Below are positions 18,050-27,822 of a stretch of DNA of 34,124 nucleotides, piece by piece. How positions within the stretch are numbered: the stretch's first letter is position 1; every line of letters starts with the position of its first letter. This DNA is from Actinomycetes bacterium. Lineage in GTDB: Bacteria > Actinomycetota > Actinomycetes > Actinomycetales > Demequinaceae. The stretch covers positions 1 through 34,124 of the forward strand of contig JAEYYZ010000140.1 in assembly GCA_023428185.1 (NCBI GenBank), written 5' to 3'. The notes under the pieces are model-generated. The model saw nothing but the letters and a program-made list of their open reading frames with translations, was not told where the DNA came from and ran no database searches. The translations under genes and the position numbers were made by a program.

Positions 18050-20881
18050 TTACGAAACCAGTGAACGGAGAACGTACTGGAGGATGCCACCGTTGCGGAA
18101 GTAATCAGCTTCCCCTGGAGTGTCGATCCGTACAGGAGCCTCGAAGGTGGTCACGGAACCGTCGGCTTTGGTGGCGTTGACAGTGAGGGTCTTGGGGTGG
18201 TGGCCTTCACTGAACGCCGCGAGGCCCGGGATGTCGAACGTCTCTGTACCGTCCAAGCCCAGGGACTGTGCGTTGTGTCCCTCCGGGAACTGCAACGGCA
18301 CCACTCCCATGCCAATGAGGTTAGAGCGGTGAATGCGCTCAAAGCTCTCTGCGATGACGGCACGAACGCCCAGCAGGCTGGTGCCCTTAGCGGCCCAGTC
18401 GCGCGACGAGCCGGAGCCGTACTCCTTGCCTGCGAGGATCACCAACGGCACGCCCGCCGCAGCGTAAGCCTCGGACGCTTCAAAGATGGTGGTGGTCTCC
18501 CCTGTGAGGAAGTCCTTAGTGAATCCGCCCTCCACCACATTGCCGCTGGCATCGGCAAGCAACAGGTTCTTGAGGCGGATGTTGGCAAAGGTGCCACGGA
18601 TCATGACTTCATGGTTGCCACGGCGCGAGCCGTACGAGTTGAAGTCTTTGCGGTCCACGCCGTGCTCGGCAAGATACTTGCCCGCCGGGCTGTCCACCTT
18701 GATGGAACCTGCAGGTGAGATGTGGTCCGTGGTGACCGAGTCTCCCAAGACGGCAAGCACGCGTGCCCCTGCGATGTCCTGCACCGGCTCCGGCGTCAGC
18801 GACATGCCTTCAAAGTACGGAGGTTTGCGCACGTAGGTTGAGTCCGCATCCCACGCAAACGTGGCACCTTCGGGTGTAGGAAGCGTTTGCCACCTCTCGT
18901 CACCAGCAAACACATCGGCGTAGCTGGATTCGAACATTTCTTGAGAGATGGACGATGCCACGATGGATTCGACCTCGTCCGGGCTGGGCCAAATGTCGCG
19001 CAAGTACACATCCGCGCCCTCGGCGTCCTGACCCAGTGGTTCCTTGTCGAAGTCAAAGTCCATGGTGCCCGCAAGCGCGTATGCGATCACGAGCGGCGGC
19101 GAGGCGAGGTAGTTCATCTTCACGTCGGGGTTGATGCGGCCCTCAAAGTTGCGGTTACCGGAAAGCACGGAGACCACGGCGAGGTCGTGCGTGTTGACGG
19201 CTTCAGAGACCTCGGCGGGCAATGGCCCGGAGTTGCCAATACACGTGGTGCAGCCGTAGCCCACCAAGTGGAAGCCAAGCGCCTCGAGGTCGGGCCACAA
19301 GCCCGCCTTCTCATAGTAGTCGGTCACCACTTGCGAGCCTGGAGCCATGGACGTCTTGACCCACGGCTTGGTGGTGAGTCCCTTGCGGTGCGCGTTACGG
19401 GCTACAAGAGCAGCAGCAAGCATCACGGAGGGGTTGGAGGTGTTGGTGCACGAGGTGATTGAGGCGATCACCACGCGCCCATGGTCAAGGCTCGTCTGGG
19501 TGCCGTCCGCAAGCGTGACAGGCACGTGGCGGTGTGGGCGCTTGAGGAGAGATCCCTCACCTGCCTCTTCCGGTGGGGGCGACACTTCTGAGGTGGCTTT
19601 GCCCGCGACAGGGTCCGATGCCGGGAACGTTTGGTCCACGGCTTCGTCCATGCCTACAAGGTCTTCCTCGTCGTGGCCGTTGACGTAGTCCCGAATGGAG
19701 TGCGAGAACGCAGTCTTAGCCGCGGTGAGCTCAATGCGGTCTTGAGGGCGCTTTGGCCCGGCGATGGAGGGCACCACGGTCGAGAGGTCAAGTTCGAGAT
19801 ATTCGGAGAACGCCGGCTCGACGTAGTCAGCGGCCGAGGGGTCGTGCCACAAGCCCTGTTCCTTGCAGTACGCCTCCACCAACGCCACTTGGTGAGCGTC
19901 ACGGCCGGTAAGACGCAAGTACTCGAGAGTGACATCGTCTACCGGGAAGATTGCCGCCGTGGAGCCAAACTCTGGGCTCATGTTGCCAATGGTGGCGCGG
20001 TTAGCGAGTGGCACCGCTCCCACGCCGTCGCCGTAGAACTCCACAAACTTGCCCACTACCCCGTGCTTGCGGAGCATTTCAGTGATGGTGAGCACCACGT
20101 CCGTGGCAGTAGCACCGGCAGGAATAGCGCCGGTGAGCTTGAATCCCACCACGCGCGGAATGAGCATCGAAACGGGCTGGCCGAGCATGGCGGCCTCCGC
20201 CTCGATGCCGCCCACTCCCCAACCCAGCACGCCCAAGCCATTGATCATGGTGGTGTGGGAGTCGGTACCTACGCACGAATCGGGATACGCCTGGGTCACG
20301 GAGCCAACCGTCTTGGTCATGACGGCGCGGGCCAAGTACTCAAGGTTCACTTGGTGCACGATGCCGGTGCCCGGCGGCACCACCTTGAAGTTGTCGAAGG
20401 CCGTTTGACCCCAACGCAAGAACTGGTATCGCTCACGGTTGCGCTCGTACTCGAGCCCCGTGTTCAACTCCAGGGCGTCCCTGCGCCCGAACACATCAAT
20501 CACCACGGAGTGGTCAATCACCAACTCCGCAGGAGCAAGCGGATTGATGACGGAAGGATCGCCACCGAGGTCTGCCACGGCCTCACGCATGGTGGCGAGG
20601 TCGACTACGCATGGCACGCCCGTGAAGTCCTGCATCACTACACGGGCAGGAGTGAACTGGATTTCGGTGTCGGGCTCGGCAGCCGGGTCCCACTGTGCAA
20701 GGGCGCGCACGTGGTCGGCTGTGATGTTGGCGCCGTCCTCCGTGCGAAGCAATGCCTCAGCAAGAACCTTGAGCGAGTACGGCAACTTCTCGAGCCCCGG
20801 GACGGCCTTGAGGCGGAAGATCTCGTAGTTGGCCTCGCCAACCGTGAGCGTTGCTTGTGCACCCAGCGTGTTCTTGCTCAA
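18050..20881 (-). CDS. acnA: Aconitate hydratase A
   Basis: [75 protein letters not shown] start with AAGGAG SD. Confidence 0.98.
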   Translation of the reverse strand: MSKNTLGAQATLTVGEANYEIFRLKAVPGLEKLPYSLKVLAEALLRTEDGANITADHVRALAQWDPAAEPDTEIQFTPARVVMQDFTGVPCVVDLATMREAVADLGGDPSVINPLAPAELVIDHSVVIDVFGRRDALELNTGLEYERNRERYQFLRWGQTAFDNFKVVPPGTGIVHQVNLEYLARAVMTKTVGSVTQAYPDSCVGTDSHTTMINGLGVLGWGVGGIEAEAAMLGQPVSMLIPRVVGFKLTGAIPAGATATDVVLTITEMLRKHGVVGKFVEFYGDGVGAVPLANRATIGNMSPEFGSTAAIFPVDDVTLEYLRLTGRDAHQVALVEAYCKEQGLWHDPSAADYVEPAFSEYLELDLSTVVPSIAGPKRPQDRIELTAAKTAFSHSIRDYVNGHDEEDLVGMDEAVDQTFPASDPVAGKATSEVSPPPEEAGEGSLLKRPHRHVPVTLADGTQTSLDHGRVVIASITSCTNTSNPSVMLAAALVARNAHRKGLTTKPWVKTSMAPGSQVVTDYYEKAGLWPDLEALGFHLVGYGCTTCIGNSGPLPAEVSEAVNTHDLAVVSVLSGNRNFEGRINPDVKMNYLASPPLVIAYALAGTMDFDFDKEPLGQDAEGADVYLRDIWPSPDEVESIVASSISQEMFESSYADVFAGDERWQTLPTPEGATFAWDADSTYVRKPPYFEGMSLTPEPVQDIAGARVLAVLGDSVTTDHISPAGSIKVDSPAGKYLAEHGVDRKDFNSYGSRRGNHEVMIRGTFANIRLKNLLLADASGNVVEGGFTKDFLTGETTTIFEASEAYAAAGVPLVILAGKEYGSGSSRDWAAKGTSLLGVRAVIAESFERIHRSNLIGMGVVPLQFPEGHNAQSLGLDGTETFDIPGLAAFSEGHHPKTLTVNATKADGSVTTFEAPVRIDTPGEADYFRNGGILQYVLRSLVS

Positions 20882-20906
20882 TGTGTCTCCTTGTGGCTAG
20901 GAGTCC

Positions 20907-20912
20907 ATTCTA
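20907..20912 (-). promoter_or_regulatory. Putative -10 element (TAGAAT) for acnA
   Basis: Near-consensus hexamer 25 nt upstream of the TTG. Confidence 0.55.
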
Positions 20913-20954
20913 TCGGCCAGTATCACGCCCGGTTTCGGGGGTGTTCGCGCCACG

Positions 20955-22127
20955 TCAATCCTTACGGAACACCGCCACAGCCTCCACGTGGTGAGTCATG
21001 GGGAATACGTCATAGGCGTCTGCCGCGTCAAGGCCGTACCCTCGCTCACGGAGCAGAGCGACATCGCGCGCGAGCGCCACAGGGTCGCACGCGACGTAGA
21101 CCACGGTGCGTGGCGAGAGCGCGGTGAGGGCGTCGAGAGTCTTAGCACCCGCGCCTGAGCGCGGCGGGTCGAGTACAACGGTGTCAAAGCCCTTCAGTTC
21201 GCCCGATGCCAAGGCGCGCCGCACGTCTCCCGGTATTACGCGTGCAGTGCGCCAAGCGCGCACGTTGTGTTGGGCGTCCTTGGCAGCCCGGCGATCAAAC
21301 TCCACGAGTGTGACGTCAAGACCTTGAGCGGCGATGGCCGCACCAAAGAGCCCTGCGCCTGCATACAAGTCGAGCACGCGCTGGGCGCCTTCGAGGTGGC
21401 CAAGTACCGCATTCACCAACACCTGAGGTGCTTGAGTGTGTACCTGCCAGAAGCCGCCGGCGCGTACTCGATACTCCACGGCGCCCCCGGGCGTGTGCAC
21501 CGTCTCGGTGAGATGGGTGCCCGGCTGGCCGTCCACCGCAACGGCCACTTCGCCGTGTGATGAGGCCGCAACAGTGAAACGGGTGCCCGGCTCCAGGCGG
21601 GTGCCAAGAAGCACGCGCTCCACGGCGCTCGTGGCCAGCGGCATGGCCTCCAACTCCAGGGCATCCCACGAGCGGTGCTTGTGCATAGCCGCGCGCCCGG
21701 TATCGCCAGCCACTGCAGTCACGCGCGTGCGATATCCCAATCCGCCGGCATCGTCATCGCTGGGCGCAGGGCTCACAGAGCCTGGGAATTCTTGGTTGGC
21801 GAACCGCGCGAAAGCCTCAGTAAGGACCTGCATCTTCCACTGGCGTTGGGCAGGCAGGGAGACATGCGCCAACTCGCCGCCTCCTACACCGCCCGGCCCC
21901 GCTTGAGGCCATACGGACTCCACACGGTGAGGCGATGCCTCAACCACGGAGACGGCATCGGCCCTCCAAAAGCGAGCATCGTCGCCGCCCTCGGTAATGA
22001 CGGCATCCACAATCTCGCCTGGCAGGGTGTGGCGTACAAAGACCGCGCGTCCCTCATGACGGGCCACACAGTGTCCACCGTGGGCGACATTGCCAATGGT
22101 CAACCTCACTCGAGAGTGCTCACTCAT
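20955..22127 (-). CDS. TRAM-domain SAM-dependent RNA m5U methyltransferase (TrmA/RlmD family)
   Basis: N-terminal TRAM (AHGGHCVAR, FVRHTLPGE), FWQVH, LDLYAGAGLF, LDPPRSG, YVACDP (catalytic Cys), FPMTHHVE. Confidence 0.92.
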   Translation of the reverse strand: MSEHSRVRLTIGNVAHGGHCVARHEGRAVFVRHTLPGEIVDAVITEGGDDARFWRADAVSVVEASPHRVESVWPQAGPGGVGGGELAHVSLPAQRQWKMQVLTEAFARFANQEFPGSVSPAPSDDDAGGLGYRTRVTAVAGDTGRAAMHKHRSWDALELEAMPLATSAVERVLLGTRLEPGTRFTVAASSHGEVAVAVDGQPGTHLTETVHTPGGAVEYRVRAGGFWQVHTQAPQVLVNAVLGHLEGAQRVLDLYAGAGLFGAAIAAQGLDVTLVEFDRRAAKDAQHNVRAWRTARVIPGDVRRALASGELKGFDTVVLDPPRSGAGAKTLDALTALSPRTVVYVACDPVALARDVALLRERGYGLDAADAYDVFPMTHHVEAVAVFRKD

Positions 22128-22142
22128 GCTTGTACGACTCCC

Positions 22143-24053
22143 CTAGCGACCAGAAGTACGGATCGCGGGCGGTTGACTCTCCCCCGCAGGTTCCATCACC
22201 GTCTCGCGGGCAGACTCCAATTTCCACGGCACCGCGGCGACCACCACGTTTGGCACTTGTAGCAATTGGGCGCGCAGCCTGGCGGTGTTGCGGTTGTGAA
22301 GCAATTGCTCCCACCACTTGCCCACGATGTACTCGGGGACGTACACCACCACGGCATCCCGCGGAGAGGCACGGTGCATACTTTTCACGTACTCAAGCAT
22401 GGGTCCCACAAGGTCGCGGTACGGAGAGTCGATGATGACCAGTGGTACGCCCACATCAAGTTGGGTCCACCGCTTCTCCAGGGCCTGAGTCGCTCCCCTG
22501 TCCACTTGAACGGACACTGCCTTGAGCGTGGAATGCCGCGCGGCTTTGGCGTACGCCAGCGCACGCAGAGCTGGCCGGTGCAGTTGAGCAACCAACACCA
22601 CACCGTGCGTTGCCGAGGGCAGCGCAGTGGCTTTGCCGTCGTCGGGGACAGCAAGGTCCGCCCTCACGCGCGCGTAGTGACGCGAAATGGCGTGCATGAG
22701 CCCCACCATGATCACGATGAGCGCAATGGCAATCCACGCACCGTTCGCAAAGTTGAACACCGCCGTGATGAGCAATACCGCCGCTGCAGCAATGCCTGCC
22801 GCCACGTGGAGTGCACGTCGCGCGTGAAGGCCAGCGACATCTTTGCGGAGAGTAGCGAGGGCTAGACGATTGCTCACCCAACGCACCATGGCGAGCTGGC
22901 TCAACACGATCGACGTGAAGACTCCGACGATGTACATGTGCACCAATTGCTCAATGTCAGCCGCGGACGCGATGAGCACGACTCCCGAGAGCACGGCCAC
23001 AATCAGAATGCCGCCCCGCAGCACGAGCCTGTCGTTACGCATTGCCAATTGACGCGGCAAGTAACTGTCGCTCGCGAGCAGTGACGTGATGCGCGAGAAA
23101 CGGCGGAATACCGCCGATGCCGCGGCATAGAGGATTGCCACCGCCGCGGCGGCCACTACCCACAGCCACACCTTGTCCCTGACAACAGCCTCAGCCACTT
23201 GCAGCACCATGGGACCGTTGGCCCAACCGCTGAATCCGTAGCTCCACGCGAGGATGGACACCGCAAAGAAGGCCGCGGCGCTCGCACCTACCGCGATGAG
23301 CAGGGTGCGAGAGGCACGCTTGCCGCGAGGCTCGGCGTGGTGGGGCCCGGACGAGGCGAGGTGTTCAATGCCCGTCACCATCACCGCTCCAGAAGCAACG
23401 GCACCCGCATAGGCGACCAAGAGTGACCACGTTTCGGGGCCCGGCGCGGCAGGACGGGTGACCGTGGTTTCGCCGTAACGCGCTGCGCCCAAGATGGCTA
23501 CGCCAGCGATGACAACCAGGAACCCGTTCCACACGGTGACGAGCACCCGCACGCGGTCTCGAATCCCGCGCAAACTGGCTAGCGTCATGACAGCCAGCAC
23601 CCCTAACGCCACAGCGCGCGCCCACGGCAGCAGTTCTGGAACCATGAACGTCACTACTTCGGTGAGCGCGGCGACTGACACCGCCACCGTGAAGAGGTAA
23701 TCCACCAGCAGCGACGCGCCAATAACCACGCCCGCATTGCGCCCTACGCGGTCTCGCACCAAGCCATAGTCACCACGCTCGTTGGGGAACGCACGCACTT
23801 GGGAGGCGTAGGCGGCGCCAAGGAGCACCATGATGAGCACCACGCCTGCTGCCATGGCAGGTACCGCGCGTTGCTGTGCACCCAACCGCAAGGCGTCGAT
23901 CATGGCGTCGGGCCCGTAGACCACGGCGCTCAGGATGCTTGCTCCAAAAACAGCAAGCGCTAGACGGGTGCGCAAGGTCTCAGGCCTCGCCGAGTCGGCC
24001 GCCACCGGCGATCCGAACACCATTCGCTTAAGACGCTCCGCAAACCGCCGCAC
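22143..24053 (-). CDS. APC-superfamily permease, KimA/YdaO-like, with cytosolic C-terminal domain
   Basis: Many hydrophobic segments; LLVDYLFTVAVS, TGIE, YLPRQL, MYIVGVF, SPYRDLVGP, WWEQLLHN. Confidence 0.88.
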   Translation of the reverse strand: MRRFAERLKRMVFGSPVAADSARPETLRTRLALAVFGASILSAVVYGPDAMIDALRLGAQQRAVPAMAAGVVLIMVLLGAAYASQVRAFPNERGDYGLVRDRVGRNAGVVIGASLLVDYLFTVAVSVAALTEVVTFMVPELLPWARAVALGVLAVMTLASLRGIRDRVRVLVTVWNGFLVVIAGVAILGAARYGETTVTRPAAPGPETWSLLVAYAGAVASGAVMVTGIEHLASSGPHHAEPRGKRASRTLLIAVGASAAAFFAVSILAWSYGFSGWANGPMVLQVAEAVVRDKVWLWVVAAAAVAILYAAASAVFRRFSRITSLLASDSYLPRQLAMRNDRLVLRGGILIVAVLSGVVLIASAADIEQLVHMYIVGVFTSIVLSQLAMVRWVSNRLALATLRKDVAGLHARRALHVAAGIAAAAVLLITAVFNFANGAWIAIALIVIMVGLMHAISRHYARVRADLAVPDDGKATALPSATHGVVLVAQLHRPALRALAYAKAARHSTLKAVSVQVDRGATQALEKRWTQLDVGVPLVIIDSPYRDLVGPMLEYVKSMHRASPRDAVVVYVPEYIVGKWWEQLLHNRNTARLRAQLLQVPNVVVAAVPWKLESARETVMEPAGESQPPAIRTSGR

Positions 24054-24094
24054 GTCTCACCATCCTAGGCACACGGGGTATACGGTGGGGCATT

Positions 24095-24760
24095 GTGCAT
24101 GTGGTGATTATGGGATGTGGCCGTACGGGCGCCACTCTCGCTGGGGAGTTTGAGTCCCGTGGCCATAGCGTTTCCGTCATTGACGTGCGCGCCGACGCCT
24201 TCCGGCGCCTGCCCTCTGACTTCAAGGGTCAGAAGATCACGGGCGTGGGGTTCGACAGGGACACCCTTGTAGCGGCGGGTGTGGAAGAGGCTTACGGTTT
24301 TGCGGCCGTCTCCGACGGTGACAACTCAAACATCCTTGCGGCGCGTGTGGTGCGCGAGACCTATGGCGTGGAGAACGTGGTGGCTCGCATCGCTGACTCC
24401 GGGCGCGCGGAGGTCTATCGCAGGCTAGGAATCCCCACTGTCGCACCGGTCCCGTGGACCGCCTCGCAGATTGTCACCAGGCTGCTTCCAGGCGGATCAG
24501 ACGAGGTGTACGTGGACACGGATGCCCGGGTGCGCATCCGCCGCCTTCCATTCCACGATGCCTGGGTGGGTAAGCGTTACAGCGCCTTGGAAAAGGCCTC
24601 AGCAGCCCGGGTCGCGTACGTCTTGCGTTTTGGGGAGGCCGTGTTGCCCGATGGGGACGCCTTGGTCCAAGCGGACGACGACGTCTACGTGGTCCTCACT
24701 GAAGGAAACGAGCGTGTTGCCGAGAAGGCATTGAGCCGAGCCCCTAAGGATGCGTCATGA
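24095..24760 (+). CDS. trkA: TrkA/RCK-domain potassium-uptake regulatory protein (CeoB-like)
   Basis: VVIMGCGRTG Rossmann motif, GVGFDRDTL, DNSNIL, VVARI, RLGIPTVA. Confidence 0.92.
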   Translation: MHVVIMGCGRTGATLAGEFESRGHSVSVIDVRADAFRRLPSDFKGQKITGVGFDRDTLVAAGVEEAYGFAAVSDGDNSNILAARVVRETYGVENVVARIADSGRAEVYRRLGIPTVAPVPWTASQIVTRLLPGGSDEVYVDTDARVRIRRLPFHDAWVGKRYSALEKASAARVAYVLRFGEAVLPDGDALVQADDDVYVVLTEGNERVAEKALSRAPKDAS

Positions 24761-25443
24761 AGGTCTTGATCGCAGGCGCTGGTTCTGTGGGCCGCTCCAT
24801 TGCCCGTGACTTGCTTGAGCACGGCCACGAGGTGTTGCTCATTGACAACAACCCAGGCGCGATGCGTATCGCTCAAGTGGCCGAGGCGGAATGGATGCTC
24901 GCCGATGCTTGTGAACTGAGCGCGCTGAGCGAAGCAGGCGTCAATGAGATGGACGTTGTGGTGGCTGCCACCGGAGACGACAAGGCCAACCTCGTGATCT
25001 CGTTCTTGGCCAAGACTGAATTTGGTGTGCCGCGCACCGTGGCGCGAGTGAACAACCCCCGCAATGAGTGGATGTACGACATCCAGTGGGGCGTGGACGT
25101 GGCCGTGTCTACACCTCGCATCATGACGGCCATGGTGGAAGAAGCCGTGGCAGTAGGCGACGTGGTCAAGGTGTTCTCGTTCCGCCAATCCGGTGCCTCC
25201 ATCGTGGAGGTCACGCTGCCCACCGAATCAATGTCAGTGGGCGCCCTGGTACGGGAAATGCAGTGGCCGCCGGACATCGTGCTGTCATGCATCATCCGTG
25301 GCGACAGGACCATTGCTCCCAGCCCGGAGGACACTCTCGAGGCTCACGACGAACTGCTGTTCATTCTTTCGGCGGAGGCTGATCCTGAGGCTCTGGAGCG
25401 AGTTCTACGCGCCGGACCATTAGCCACATCACCCACAGAGTAA
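24757..25443 (+). CDS. trkA: TrkA/RCK-domain potassium-uptake regulatory protein (CeoC-like)
   Basis: IAGAGSVG, ADACE, TGDDKANLV, LAKTEFGVPRTVARVN, WGVDVAVSTP; ATGA overlap with the first trkA. Confidence 0.92.
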   Translation: MKVLIAGAGSVGRSIARDLLEHGHEVLLIDNNPGAMRIAQVAEAEWMLADACELSALSEAGVNEMDVVVAATGDDKANLVISFLAKTEFGVPRTVARVNNPRNEWMYDIQWGVDVAVSTPRIMTAMVEEAVAVGDVVKVFSFRQSGASIVEVTLPTESMSVGALVREMQWPPDIVLSCIIRGDRTIAPSPEDTLEAHDELLFILSAEADPEALERVLRAGPLATSPTE

Positions 25444-26032
25444 GCGCAAAGTACGGCGCACCTAGGGCCAGTCGCGCGGTGCCCAGCGCAGCCGTGGCGC
25501 CCGCGAAGTACAACGGCAATTGGATGGCGAGCCGGATTGCCTGAGAAATGACGTACACGGCCGTGGCGTATTGCATGCGGCGCATAATCGCGGGATCCTC
25601 GCGCCACCGCTTTCCCCACCCGCGCACCATGGCCACCACCACACCCACGAGCGGCCACTTGATGACAATCGAGATCAACATGGCAAGCGCGTAGGCACCG
25701 GTGGTCCAGAAGCCGGGCACGAAGTAACCGTTGGCATCGCCAACGCGCCATGCCCAAAAAGCGCCAAGCCCCACGCCAATGAGGCCACTGAGAGCCTGCG
25801 TCACCGGGGTGCGCTGGATGAGCCGGATCGCCACCAACACCACCACCACCGTCACAGCTGCAATCACCGGCAGGCGGAAGCCTCCCCACATGAGGAAGGC
25901 GGACACAAAAGCCACGCCAGGAAGCACGGATTCCAGCAGCCCGCGCCAACCACCAATGGCTTCGTTGAGGTTGAAGTCGGAGTCACTGCTCAGCGCCGAC
26001 GCCGCACCTGAGGGGCGCTCTACGGCAGGCAT
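25361..26032 (-). CDS. DUF3159 family membrane protein
   Basis: IGGWRGLLESVLP, WPLVG, RLAIQLPLY, RLALGAP; start reset to ATG 26032. Confidence 0.85.
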   Translation of the reverse strand: MPAVERPSGAASALSSDSDFNLNEAIGGWRGLLESVLPGVAFVSAFLMWGGFRLPVIAAVTVVVVLVAIRLIQRTPVTQALSGLIGVGLGAFWAWRVGDANGYFVPGFWTTGAYALAMLISIVIKWPLVGVVVAMVRGWGKRWREDPAIMRRMQYATAVYVISQAIRLAIQLPLYFAGATAALGTARLALGAPYFALTLWVMWLMVRRVELAPEPQDQPPPKE

Positions 26033-26307
26033 GACAGTTCGTACCTGGGGTTGTAAATTCGCGGTGCCTCGTCGCCCAACACCACTCTGCCTTCTACTGC
26101 GATGCGCTGACCAGGTTCGATCCCGGGAATGGACCGGCGACCCATGAACACAACGTCCACCACGCCGGTGCCGTCGTCGATTCGCGCGACCAGTTGAGAG
26201 GGCCCCTGAGCGGGTGAGACCACAGTGTGTGCGATGCGACCACATAACCGCACCACTGTGCGGGGCGCGGCATCGGCAATACTCACCGTGTCCGCGAGCG
26301 AAGTCAT
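26020..26307 (-). CDS. Small OB-fold nucleic-acid-binding protein
   Basis: DDGTG, FMGRRSIPGIEPG, IYNPRYEL; conserved position between DUF3710 and DUF3159. Confidence 0.85.
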   Translation of the reverse strand: MTSLADTVSIADAAPRTVVRLCGRIAHTVVSPAQGPSQLVARIDDGTGVVDVVFMGRRSIPGIEPGQRIAVEGRVVLGDEAPRIYNPRYELSCLP

Positions 26308-26951
26308 TCCGTGGGCTCCGTGAGATCCGCGGTGTCCACCGGAGAATCCGGGAAGGCGTCGTAGTCAAGTTCGCCAGGCGGGGCCTTGAGGGCGAGGACT
26401 TCGCCTTCTGCCCGGGCATCCGTGCCACGGTCCACTGCGATGTTGCTCAACAACGCATCCACGCGGGCAATTGTCGCGTCGCTCAGCACACTGGGCCCCG
26501 TCACCACGGCGCGCAACATCCACTTGTCACCGTCAATACCCACAAACCGCATGGGGATGTCTTCAATTGCTCCTTGAGCGTTGCGCACAGTGAAAGTCGC
26601 GATCACTTCAGCGCCAAAACGACCTTCCATGACCTGCTGGTGGCCGGGCCGGCGCTTGAGCTTGGCGAGCAGCACCCGCCGCAACTGGGGCCACAAGGCC
26701 TTGCCACTACGCGCGGCCATGACTTGAAGTTGCACGGCACAGTCGTTGACGAGTACCGACACGGCGCCCACTTCACGGAATTTGGGATCAATTTCGACGC
26801 GCGCTTTGAGTCCGGCAATTGCAGGCACTTGCAGCGGCCCAAAGTCCATGAACTGCGCATCGGCAGGAGCTGACGCAAGGCTCCAGGGGCCATCAGCGGG
26901 TTTGATGTCGCCCAAACCGTCTTCAGCAATGGGTGTGGCGTTCTTAGCCAT
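26304..26951 (-). CDS. DUF3710 family protein
   Basis: [30 protein letters not shown]; start ATG 26951 overlaps the dut stop. Confidence 0.82.
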   Translation of the reverse strand: MAKNATPIAEDGLGDIKPADGPWSLASAPADAQFMDFGPLQVPAIAGLKARVEIDPKFREVGAVSVLVNDCAVQLQVMAARSGKALWPQLRRVLLAKLKRRPGHQQVMEGRFGAEVIATFTVRNAQGAIEDIPMRFVGIDGDKWMLRAVVTGPSVLSDATIARVDALLSNIAVDRGTDARAEGEVLALKAPPGELDYDAFPDSPVDTADLTEPTE

Positions 26952-27405
26952 GGTGGGTCCCTCCAGCGGTGCCCGTTGAACCAAAGCCTCCTTGGCCTCG
27001 ATGCGAACCGGGAAGCGACTCTACCGGCACGAACTCGGCTCTCTCGACTTTTTGGATCACCAACTGGGCAATGCGATCCCCCACCGCGAACGACACCGAT
27101 TCTGTGGCATCGGTGTTGATGAGCGTGACGGCGATCTCGCCGCGGTAACCGGCATCGACAGTTCCGGGTGCGTTGACGATGCTCACGCCGTGCTTGGCAG
27201 CGAGACCTGATCGAGGATGCACGAGAGCTACGTAGCCGTTGGGGAGCGCTACCTGCACGCCTGTACGTACCGTGGCGCGTTGGCCTGGGGCGAGCGTGAT
27301 CGCTTCACGCGTGGTGAGGTCGGCACCAGCGTCCCCTGGATGCGCGTACGAAGGCATCGGAACATCGGGGTCGGTGGTGCTGACGAGCACCTCAACGTCA
27401 CTCAT
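26944..27405 (-). CDS. dut: dUTP diphosphatase
   Basis: All five motifs: [38 protein letters not shown]; start ATG 27405. Confidence 0.97.
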   Translation of the reverse strand: MSDVEVLVSTTDPDVPMPSYAHPGDAGADLTTREAITLAPGQRATVRTGVQVALPNGYVALVHPRSGLAAKHGVSIVNAPGTVDAGYRGEIAVTLINTDATESVSFAVGDRIAQLVIQKVERAEFVPVESLPGSHRGQGGFGSTGTAGGTHHG

Positions 27406-27413
27406 GGTGAGCC

Positions 27414-27713
27414 TTAAGCGGCGCACTCCGAGCAGATCGGCTGATCCTTCTTGAACTCCGCGAGCTGGCTGCGGTGGTGCACCAAGAAGCACGACATGCA
27501 CGTGAATTCGTCTTGCTGTGGCGGGAGCACTCGCACTGAGAGCTCTTCGCCCGAAAGGTCGGCGCCCGGAAGTTCAAAGCCTTCAGCAGCGTCGGCTTCA
27601 TCCTCGTCCACCACACCCGACGACTTGTCGGCACGACGAGCCTTCAACTCCTCGATGGAGTCTGCGGCGATCTCGTCGTCGGTCTTGCGGGGGGCGTCGT
27701 AGTCGGTTGCCAT
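27414..27713 (-). CDS. DUF4193 family acidic protein with C-terminal Cys/His (zinc-ribbon-like) motif
   Basis: [48 protein letters not shown]. Confidence 0.92.
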   Translation of the reverse strand: MATDYDAPRKTDDEIAADSIEELKARRADKSSGVVDEDEADAAEGFELPGADLSGEELSVRVLPPQQDEFTCMSCFLVHHRSQLAEFKKDQPICSECAA

Positions 27714-27822
27714 CCAGCGCTCTCCTTTTCACCCTAGTAGGTGGTTACTCAATGCCCAGGGTGGCCGTTTTGTTCCCTACGTGGCGCGTGCATTCTGCAC
27801 CATGAATGGCACTTGCGCGAAT

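Noticed and set aside
19540..19690. Acidic, proline-rich insertion in aconitase ([13 protein letters not shown]...)
   Set aside because: A usual variable insertion of actinobacterial AcnA; no intein or intron hallmarks
20924..20943. Imperfect hairpin between the methyltransferase stop and the acnA promoter, as a terminator or riboswitch
   Set aside because: Mismatched short stem, no U-tract and no recognisable aptamer
19631..21127. 498-aa plus-strand ORF
   Set aside because: Antisense shadow of acnA caused by GC-rich codon bias; no recognisable motifs
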